From Sphaeroforma arctica JP610 (Eukaryota), in the NCBI RefSeq assembly GCF_001186125.1, contig NW_014040235.1, forward strand, positions 7,789 through 39,989: a stretch of 32,201 nt of DNA, written 5' to 3'. The translations under genes were made by a program, and so were the position numbers. The first letter of the stretch is position 1, and every line of letters starts with the position of its first letter. Positions 23,001 to 32,201 of the stretch are shown here, piece after piece. The notes under the pieces are model-generated. The model saw only the letters and a program-made list of their open reading frames with translations, searched no databases and had not been told where the DNA came from.

Positions 23001-25981
23001 ATTTTCAACCAGTCTGCACTGGAGAGGGAAAACTCGGTGCAAGATGCACACCCATGCAACTGATGAACTGAGCCCCACCTTTCACACAAACCAATACCGT
23101 GCGTGCGCATGAGTAACCCTTCCCCCATTGACACAACCTGATGCAGGCCTTAGGCGAAATTCGGCTGCAGGGCTAAATTAGTCCAACATAAGGGAGACTT
23201 TCTAATGGCTTGAAATTCATTCCTTAACTACAAGCATTCACGTACATTTATGCACAAATGAGCACCATATACAAGCCAGCATACAAAGGTAACGCGTACC
23301 TTGTAGACGCTACTGAGCGTCATTGGGATACAGGCGAAGACCATGACGAACACCCAGCCAAGCTGTGCGAGGGACATCGAGGCACCTGAACCAAAAAACT
23401 GGGGCAGGAGCACCACCAACAGACCAATAATCACCGTGCACGCTCCCAGGATATGGAAGCGGTTGTATTTCGCGCCCATGAGAAAGTACGACAGAATCAT
23501 CGACACTGGGATGGCCACTTGTTGCAACCTGCAACGGTAATTGTGGGGAAGACGAGTCATCCCAAGTCAAACCAGGCCGCACGTGTACTATGACACATCT
23601 GAAACAATCCGTTCAAGCCATTTAAGATATCATCTTAACCTCGACCTCAGGTCAAGTTTATTTGAATTGATATAGATACCAAAAAATATTAAACAGTGAC
23701 AAAAGAATACATCTGGCTACACACAGGGACGCGTGGGCCATACATGACAGAGGTCGACCACACAATCACATGCGACTACGGACTACGCAAACTTCGCCCA
23801 GAACCGAATTTGGGTGCAGGTGCGACAGGACAGTTCGGTACTCATACTATGAGTCCATTAAGATCACCGCTCAGAGATCGCGTACACAACTACACATAGG
23901 CCAATGCGCTTACTTGGTTACGCACCCCAACATACATGATCACCAGAGATCCGTCCAGAGAGTTCGTGGCGAAGGTCATCATGGTACTACTGATGCTGTC
24001 GAGCGCGCCCATGACAAAGAAGGTCTTCTGAGGGATTTGCCTCTCCTCTTTGGTTATTTGGTTGCCGAACATGATCATGGGTATGATGTAGGCGAACGAC
24101 ACCGGAACGTATATGAACACAGTGTACAAGGAGATGAAGAAGGGATAGTTGTGCATCGGGATTGTTTCCTGTGGTTGTGAAGAAATAAAACCGTCATTCA
24201 GTAGGTAGCATTAGGCTGTGAGATTGGGATGTTCATTTCCGAAGAGATCAAGCTCGGCAGTTTATCAGATCTTAAAATCCTGAATTAGTGATATATATAT
24301 ATATAATAATATATAATACAAATAATATATATATATATATAAACGTGTATAAAATACATTTATATGTAAATGTATATATATAGATACATACATACACACA
24401 AACATACATATACATACGCACATATATATATACACACATATAAATATACATATATAAATATATAACCATATATATATACACACACAAACATATATATATA
24501 TATATATATATATGCGTACAGTTATAGGAATAGGTATATGTATATTTTTATATAAATGTATCTACATATATACATAATACATATAAACATATATGNNNNN
24601 NNNNNNNNNNNNNNNNNNNNNNNNNNNNNNNNNNNNNNNNNNNNNNNNNNNNNNNNNNNNNNNNNNNNNNNNNNNNNNNNNNNNNNNNNNNNNNNNNNNN
24701 NNNNNNNNNNNNNNNNNNNNNNNNNNNNNNNNNNNNNNNNNNNNNNNNNNNNNNNNNNNNNNNNNNNNNNNNNNNNNNNNNNNNNNNNNNNNNNNNNNNN
24801 NNNNNNNNNNNNNNNNNNNNNNNNNNNNNNNNNNNNNNNNNNNNNNNNNNNNNNNNNNNNNNNNNNNNNNNNNNNNNNNNNNNNNNNNNNNNNNNNNNNN
24901 NNNNNNNNNNNNNNNNNNNNNNNNNNNNNNNNNNNNNNNNNNNNNNNNNNNNNNNNNNNNNNNNNNNNNNNNNNNNNNNNNNNNNNNNNNNNNNNNNNNN
25001 NNNNNNNNNNNNNNNNNNNNNNNNNNNNNNNNNNNNNNNNNNNNNNNNNNNNNNNNNNNNNNNNNNNNNNNNNNNNNNNNNNNNNNNNNNNNNNNNNNNN
25101 NNNNNNNNNNNNNNNNNNNNNNNNNNNNNNNNNNNNNNNNNNNNNNNNNNNNNNNNNNNNNNNNNNNNNNNNNNNNNNNNNNNNNNNNNNNNNNNNNNNN
25201 NNNNNNNNNNNNNNNNNNNNNNNNNNNNNNNNNNNNNNNNNNNNNNNNNNNNNNNNNNNNNNNNNNNNNNNNNNNNNNNNNNNNNNNNNNNNNNNNNNNN
25301 NNNNNNNNNNNNNNNNNNNNNNNNNNNNNNNNNNNNNNNNNNNNNNNNNNNNNNNNNNNNNNNNNNNNNNNNNNNNNNNNNNNNNNNNNNNNNNNNNNNN
25401 NNNNNNNNNNNNNNNNNNNNNNNNNNNNNNNNNNNNNNNNNNNNNNNNNNNNNNNNNNNNNNNNNNNNNNNGGTGTGGACTTTAATGTATCCCTCAAATC
25501 TCTTACAACGAGATAATCTCTCACAACGTATCCAATATCTTCCTCACAGCACAAGTCAATATAATATAAAACCTGTCCAAGCAAGCCAGATTGAACTCAA
25601 CACTTTACACACCAGTTTGTTGAAGATCTTATTTCCCAAACCTACGACCACCATCAGAACAAAGCTGATAACAAATGCATTGCTGCTCTCTTGCGCTTCT
25701 TTCACACTTTCAGTAGCTTCAGAGACATCCACAACATTGCTTGATCGTCTGCGACTCTGTTCATCGCGCCGCCTTCGTTCGTATTCCTTTTGTTCGATTA
25801 AGGCTTCTCGTTCCGCTTCGTTTAAACTGGGCGAGAACAGTATGGATCGATCGGAATCTCTTCTTTCAGCGGTAATCTCTTTATTGGGAGATAGGACTTG
25901 TGTGCTTGTGTTTTTGTTGCTGTGGGACGGTGAAAGGAGAGGTTGCCTTTCACCATTGCTGTTGGCGGGTGCAGATGGCAT
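20005..25981 (-). CDS. CRT-like (chloroquine resistance transporter family, DMT superfamily) multi-pass transporter, ~552 aa. Exons 25981-25613, 24168-23936, 23528-23300, 22603-22489, 22097-22012, 21816-21634, 21139-20880, then less certain 20781-20716, 20544-20486, 20063-20005.
   Basis: The spliced product contains family-typical segments: GLGNKIFNKLETIPMHNYPFF, FFVMGALDSIS, LQQVAIPVSMILS...GAKY...HILGA, ACIPMTLSSVYKEEAL...IDPIYLNGWVAVWQ, GLKCYLGINS...DDC, NLGYNILMILILKYGNANL, and GLAMYRF. About 10 hydrophobic segments are present, and all junctions are GT-AG with matching phases. If the last three exons are wrong, the frame ends at the TAG at 20876-20878. Confidence 0.88.
20624..20696. repeat. 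Perfect 36-bp direct tandem duplication (period 37), intronic in my gene model
   Basis: ATGATATATACTCGGATGGTTGGCCCGGAGGATATG at 20624-20659 and 20661-20696. Confidence 0.95.
21436..21560. repeat. Three ~43-bp imperfect tandem units, intronic
   Basis: TATGATAT(A/G)TATATGAAACAG...GCAAAACTCGTAT occurs three times. Confidence 0.85.
24596..25471. other. Assembly gap (N run) in CRT-like intron 1, preceded by TA-rich microsatellite (24292-24595)
   Basis: Run of N. The flanking exons join in frame (NKL|ETIPMHNY), so probably no coding exon is lost. Confidence 1.
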
Positions 25982-26448
25982 ATTGGCTACGAGTGTATAC
26001 ACTCGACAGGCTGATACTATATATATACGACTTATGTACTACTACACATAGACTATCCACCCGTGAGTAAGCTAAGTAAAGTTTTTGTGCAGGAAACTTC
26101 AATCAGGAATGCTACTTCCTTGCACATTCATTTAACTGTACATACAGTGTACACGCATGCATACTTAACACCTACATGAAACACACAAGTGCGTGCACAT
26201 ATAGAACACACAAACACAGTTCTATGCGCGAGCTCTGGTCCTCTGGTGGATCATGACACCACACAGCTGTCATCTGTAGGCCGAACTAAGCGAGACTGCG
26301 AAAGCCGTGGCAAAAGTGGTTAAAACGTGTTTTCATACTATTTTGCGCAGTGTGATTGGTGGAAAAGTTTGTAGCCGGCTGCGGTGCTTAGCTGTTTATC
26401 GATGTACTGAATGGCAGAGAACAATCCCATTGGTCAAAAATATCAAGC

Positions 26449-26476
26449 TATAAATAGATAATGCAATCTATTTATA
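26449..26476. promoter_or_regulatory. Palindromic pair of TATA boxes in the divergent promoter between the CRT-like and microprotein genes
   Basis: TATAAATAGAT (26449-26459) and ATCTATTTATA (26466-26476) form a perfect 11-bp inverted repeat. ATTGG (reverse CCAAT) lies at 26429-26433. Confidence 0.5.
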
Positions 26477-26717
26477 TATACTGGGTGTTTTTATCTTTTT
26501 GTCACAACATGTGCAGCTGAGCGCTTGCGGCTTGTGCCTGTGCGCCGGCGTCTGATCACATCAGCATCAGAGTTTCAGACCTGTTGTGAACCAGTTTAAT
26601 CACAACTAAAATTAAGTATTTCAAATTTACTTCTAGCTTGTTTTAATATAAGCAAGGACCGACAGGGCGTCGGGTTCAATATCTGCTGTTTACACGTACT
26701 GTTCATATATAGTCAAG

Positions 26718-27998
26718 ATGGGAAAGTCCAACAACGAGTAAGTGATGTGCGCTGCAGTCATTTCTATGTGGCTGTGTTCGAATTTAGATGTGTCTGTATG
26801 TCATCTAGCTGGTGTTTACGAATCTAGACGCCATGGTTAACGTGTTTTAGGCTCTTGTGAATATACTGAGAAATGTGAGCTAATTTCCTTTATAAATCTA
26901 TCCATTTTCTAGGAAGAAAAAGGAGTCTTTGGCCGCAGGTAAGGCCCCTAAGATGACCAAACAACAAGAAAACGCCGGTAAAAGTGCATCACAGAAGAAG
27001 GTATATCACATGCACGTTGTGCTGCATGTACTCATTGTTTCACAAAATGGTGTATTACCTGCTTCATGTTTCTATTATATCACGCTTTTCCAGGGTTTCG
27101 TTGCAGTCGGGGTGACAATAAATCGCATCATTTATACATTACACACGGTGCGTGTGTGAGGGTGTGGTAGGGTAGGGTTTTATGTATATTACATTCGTGC
27201 GTTGTGCTATATGGTATGTTATACGCCTATATATTGCATGACCGGGGGGTCTGCAGTGGCCTGCTATCTGGGTGGTTCGTTGGGAGATACATAAGCACTC
27301 TACTCTACACTATGACACGGGTTGTGTAAGCATTGTGGTTTAGTATTTGTTTATATGTTCTAGATTGATTCGTAGTAATCTACCCTTTTTTGTTTGTTTG
27401 CACCCCTTTTGGTAAAGTCTGTATGATTGGAATATCATGTTATCAAGCTCGTGTTATACTACCCCTAATCGAATATCTGTCGCAAGGTCGTCTGCTGTGT
27501 CTATGCACAATCATGGCGGAGCATGCTGTGATATTTGTTCATGACTGTTATGGCCTGTTAAGGGATCAGTATTTGACGTATGCATGCTACTCCATCTTCC
27601 CCTAGTTTTTACTTGTGCTGTGACCGAGGGTGGTCCGTAGGCGTGTCGTGCGGTTTTTTTAATTCTTTGTGGTTGTAGTGTTCTCTTTATACTCGTGGGT
27701 TTGTTTAGAGAAATACTACCTGTACACCATACCGAGATGTAGTGACTACAGTAAAAAATTTATCCCTGAAAGCGTAAGCTTGAACAGTCTCTATCTCTTC
27801 TATCACGACAAGGAATCTGTTTGTATCGTTTTCTACCCATTTGCGGCTTCTCGTTAAAAAAATACTAAACTATCACGTTTAGATCCCATGGCGTTCCTTT
27901 ACCCTTTGAATCTCTATACCAAGCTCATACAGTTCATTCCTTGTCTCTAACAACAGGCCGAGCAAAAAGCGAAGAAGGCGGCTAAGGCTGAGAAGTAA
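26718..27998 (+). CDS. Small Lys/Ala-rich protein (49 aa), family not recognised. Exons 26718-26737, 26913-27000, 27957-27998.
   Basis: AAGATGG start context and strong splice sites (GA|GTAAGT, TTTTCTAG|, AAG|GTATAT, CTAACAACAG|) with matching phases give MGKSNNEKKKESLAAGKAPKMTKQQENAGKSASQKKAEQKAKKAAKAEK*. The exons are purine-rich, AAG/GCC-biased islands within T-rich introns. Confidence 0.8.
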
Positions 27999-28523
27999 GT
28001 AACCACCGCAGGTGGATACTAACCAACACGTGCTATGGTCTGATCAAGGCGTAACCATATATAGGGGTCGTGCTGTTCCCTGGTTGCCTTGCAGCGGTAA
28101 ACTAATGGAACTACTTAACTAGAAGTATCCGGCCCATAAATTTTTACTGAGTTTTACTATACTTGTCCCACTGTGCACTTGGTTTGACCTGCCGCCGCAC
28201 TATGGTGAGTATAAGTGGTATCCGTGGAAATGCAGATGCATGGGTAAAAAAGCTGTATAATTGTGTGTGTGCACCTATATTATGTACACATGTATATGTA
28301 CATATTTGCGTTCTCGCTTCCGTTGTCTTTGATACTTCGCCCAAGTTGTACATAGCTTATGGCTTTCTCTGTCTGTGAGCACTATACTTTACGGTGATGT
28401 AATTGTTTTTATCAACGCATGTTTGTTGTTCAATGTGCATGTACTGCATCATTCTATTATTTGTTTGGCAAACGATAAGCTGCTCGTGATTGTGAAGCAT
28501 GTTCGAATCTGTTTATAATATGC

Positions 28524-29118
28524 TTGGAAGTTTTACCTATATCCAACCACCTTCTAAAGTTTTACCCATATCACAGCCTGAAACCTCTTTCTAAAGTTTT
28601 ACCCATATCCCAACCTAAAACCCTTCAAAAGTTTTACCCATATCCCACCCTAAAAGCAGTTTTTATAGTTTTACCCGAATGTCACTCTAAAAACCTTCTG
28701 AAGTTTTACCCATATTTTACCCTGAAACCCTTTTAAAGTTTTACACATATCTCACCCTGATACCACCTTCTGAAGTTTTACCCATATCCCGCCCTGAAAC
28801 CACATTCCGAAGTTTCACCCGGAAACCACCATCTAAAGTTTTACCCAACTCATTCTAAAACCACCTAATGTTTAAACCCATATCTCACCTTAAAAACCAC
28901 CATCTAAAGTTTTACCCATCTCAGCCAAAAACCATCTTCTAAAGTTTAACTCATCTCACCCTAAAACCACCTTCTAAAGTTTTTCCAAAACCATGTTATC
29001 CTGTTTCACCCATTCCTCATACTAAAACCGCCATCTAGATTATTGCGCGTATATCATACTAAAACCACTTTGGTTTTACTCATCTCATACTAAAACCACA
29101 TTTTATAGTTTTAGCCCT
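28524..29118. repeat. Minisatellite of ~16-17 imperfect copies of a 35-37-bp unit
   Basis: Consensus approximately TTCTAAAGTTTTACCCATATCYCACCCTAAAACCACC, e.g. at 28552, 28589, 28624, 28696, 28731, 28768, 28831, 28902, 28937 and 28972. Confidence 0.95.
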
Positions 29119-29178
29119 CTCGCCCCTCTGGAAAATTTAACCCAGTCACCATTTAAAAAATCCCACTAGTTTCAATTT

Positions 29179-29334
29179 ATGTATATGTATATATGTATAT
29201 ATGTATGTGTATATGTATATATGTATATGTATGTGTATTTGTAAATGTATATGTGTATATGTATATGTATATGTATATATGTATATGTATATGTATATAT
29301 GTATATGTATATGTGTATATGTATATGTATATAT
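29179..29334. repeat. (GTATAT)n hexamer microsatellite
   Basis: gtatatgtatatgtatat... with gtgtat variants. Confidence 0.95.
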
Positions 29335-30219
29335 TTTCACACTATCTTAACGTATGCTTGGTTTCCGTGTTTTCTATTAACAGGAAATAATTGGTAAAAT
29401 TAATATAACTCTTCAATGCCGTGCCTGTGGACAAGTCAAGTTGCTGAGCAACTGTAGACGGTAGTCGCGAACTGATAAACCGAGCGTGTGGCTTAAAAAT
29501 AAACTTGTAATGACGAACGGAAGTGCTTCATATAGTTAATCGTTTGATGTGCTTCATGTGAAGGTTGTGAGTGGTTCAAGATCGACGAATATTTGGGGTT
29601 CTCTTGGTGAGCTTCGAAGGGGAGATCAATACACATCGATACAAGTACTGATTATTGCAGTACTTCCATAAATGTATGTTTATTAGTACATATAGCCCTA
29701 AACTAATCAGAAACATAAAGGAGTTTATTTTATTATTAGAAGGTACCCTGAAAGTTTACCCGCATATCGATAAGTGTATGTATATATATATATATTTACA
29801 TTTGTATTTACATAAGCATGAATATATATATATTCAATGTGTGTGTGTGTGTACCTACTTAAGATTACTCTAACAATAAAAATATGCAAATGTTTCGTGC
29901 AGAGAATATAATGTGATATATGTATTTGTCCTTATGTTGGGGCCCCGCTTGGGGAGTATATTTTAGGAAGGTTAAAAGTATATTGTAACATATGTTGTAT
30001 ATAAAGTCATGGAGGCGTGGATACCTTTATAGTAGTTTGTATGCGAATATATACAGAGCTCATCATTGTCCAATATACAAACATATTTATTTCATAAAGG
30101 TATAGATTATCCATTAAATTGTAGATTTTTTATCGTTTTGCACGTGCATGTGCTCATATATATAAAAACAAGCATATACATCTATATATTCGTATACTTT
30201 CACATATGCAATACATAAT

Positions 30220-30546
30220 TATGTATATGTATGTGTATACTTATGTACATACATACATAAATATATAAATATATATATATGTGTGTGCATATTCTATGCA
30301 AATATAGATATAAATATATTTATTTACATATATATATTACATATACAAATACTAATATACATACATACATACATATACATTTGTACCTATATATATATAT
30401 ATATATATATTGTATGTATGTATGTAAACATGTATGTGTGTCTGTATATATGTATTAATTGCTGTATATATGTTTTTGCATGCATATGTATGTATATGTA
30501 AATGTATATATATCTATACATACATACAAATATACTTAAACGCATA

Positions 30547-30577
<31 letters not shown>

Positions 30578-30642
30578 AGATATATATATGAACCATATAT
30601 ATATATATATATATTTATGTATATACACGTATATATACGTTT

Positions 30643-30695
<53 letters not shown>

Positions 30696-30833
30696 NTATA
30701 TAGACATACAGATATATATATATGTGTGTACGAAACAAATATATATATATTCTATATATATATAATTAGTAGTTATATATATATATACTATATATATATA
30801 TACTATANNNNNNNNNNNNNNNNNNNNTGTGTT

Positions 30834-30881
<48 letters not shown>

Positions 30882-30963
30882 ATATATATATATATATGTA
30901 TATATATGTATATATATATATGTATATATAGTATGTATATATGTATATATAGTATGTATATAA
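30220..30963. repeat. Long (TA)n/(TATG)n low-complexity tract with a small N gap at 30808-30827
   Basis: Directly visible. Confidence 0.95.
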
Positions 30964-31558
30964 AGGTGTCTATTTTAATTCAGTTTTAAGTGCTAAAAAT
31001 GAATCCGTCGTCGTGGTGTTGTGATCACCTCGCGGCAACGAATATGTATGAACAAGACACCAAACTCCGGCGTTTTAAACCTTGCTGCTTTTTGTCACAG
31101 ATTCAACTTGTGATTTTCAATTTTCATGGCCCTCCAAAGTCTCTAGAAAAAGGACTTGTCCGAGTCTCCACTTTGCACCTATTTCGAGCCCTCTAAATCA
31201 TACAGTCTCCAGCGCAACTTTTCACCTGCGACTCACCAATCCACTCACCAGAGGGCCGCAGAGGCCCGAGGCCGAGGACCATGCGATTTTGTTTTTCGGT
31301 TTGATGATGCTTTGGCTATGGGTTTTCGCGTGGGTTTTTTTTGTGGAACAAAACTTGAAAAGAAATAAAAGTCAGCCTGAAAATTCCGAGCGGGGCGACT
31401 GAATATTTACTAATCGAGCCCACTGCTAAATATTTATTGGGAAGTCAGCACTGGTGAAACAGTGAAGTCTGTCCGTATAAGTATAGAGAGAGTCTATCTG
31501 TGTTATAAGTGTATTTACCTTGAGTGGTAGAAGTAGTGTAATCTCAGCACCCATACCC

Positions 31559-32035
31559 ATGGAGGTGATCAAGAAAAATGGGTTGTTGACCCTACCCATC
31601 ACCTGTGTCTTCCTTATCTCGGGTGTAGCAGTGAACATCGGCCAACTAGCACTCTACTCAACAGTGCGACCCTTCTCCTTAAGCACCTACAGATACTTGA
31701 ATCAGAAGCTCGTGCCGTTAAACTGGAGTTTATTCGTATGCCTGGCCGATTGGTGGGCTGGGCTTAATATGAAGCTGTATAGTAAACCAGGTGAATGGGA
31801 CAAAGTGGGGCAAGATCAGGCTTTAGTGTGCTTGAATCATGCATCGGATATTGACTGGTTGCTAGGCTGGATGGTTGCTGAACGCTTTCATATGTTGGGA
31901 GGCACAAAGGCACTGATGAAGGAGTCGGCAAAGTATCTTCCCGTCCTGGGATGGAGTTGGTTCTTCAGCGAGTTTATTTGGCTTAAAAGAAATTGGAACG
32001 CTGATAAGAACGCTATGGGATCTGGTTTGCAATCG
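31559..32035 (+). CDS. 1-acyl-sn-glycerol-3-phosphate acyltransferase (AGPAT3/4/5 or LPAT2-like), first coding exon, 3'-partial
   Basis: ATG at 31559, N-terminal hydrophobic segments, catalytic NHxxxxD motif (LNHASDIDWL), then KxxxKYLPVLGWSWFFSEFIWLKRNWxxDK, typical of this subfamily. A GTGTGT donor follows at 32036. Confidence 0.93.
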
Positions 32036-32201
32036 GTGTGTCTGCCTATGATGTATGTATAATTTTTATTGTTTAACGAGATATTATGCAGATTCCGTTG
32101 TCAATTCTTGCGAGTATCTTTGAGACACCAGGTACTATTCGAGTTTACTGGCAAATGAATTTGCACCCATGAATATGCACAAAATTACATTTAGTATATA
32201 T

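Noticed and set aside
27169..27178. AGGGTAGGGT (fission-yeast Homol-E-like box)
   Set aside because: It lies in a GT-rich intron rather than a promoter and occurs only once.
27513..27596. Intronic fold-back (AGCATGC...GCATGCT) as a possible pre-miRNA
   Set aside because: By eye the pairing beyond the 7-bp core has many bulges and mismatches, so it is insufficient without folding and small-RNA data.
28524..29118. CRISPR array or coding repeat (ORF 28524-28736)
   Set aside because: The units are contiguous with no spacers, and unit lengths of 35-37 bp break the frame.
31520..31558. TTG-initiated N-terminal extension of the acyltransferase
   Set aside because: It reflects the ORF track's alternative-start rule. 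The first ATG at 31559 gives a normal-length N-terminus.

Overview
Eukaryotic, intron-rich genomic scaffold with GT-AG introns, abundant (TA)n/(CA)n/(TACA)n microsatellites and two ~0.9-1 kb N gaps. The gene style suggests a unicellular eukaryote, possibly a holozoan such as an ichthyosporean; this is inference only. Manual splicing gives six protein genes: (1) the 3' part of the Hsp90 co-chaperone CDC37 (+); (2) a complete 4xKH FUBP/KHSRP-family RNA-binding protein (-); (3) a putative BAG-domain protein with a long Pro/Gln-rich region carrying WxxF, YxA[LF] and PPxY motifs, interrupted near its end by a +1 frame break at a C11 run (+); (4) a 10-exon CRT-like (chloroquine resistance transporter family) membrane protein (-); (5) a head-to-head 49-aa Lys/Ala-rich microprotein of no family I recognise (+); (6) the first coding exon of an AGPAT3/4/5-type lysophospholipid acyltransferase (+). 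Between FUBP and the BAG gene lies an apparent non-coding host transcript, in which two box C/D snoRNA candidates sit in consecutive introns separated by a 15-nt exon. There are also a ~110-bp tandem array downstream of CDC37, a ~36-bp minisatellite, and a possible decayed hAT-like transposase. No database search was possible, so all family calls come from recognised motifs.
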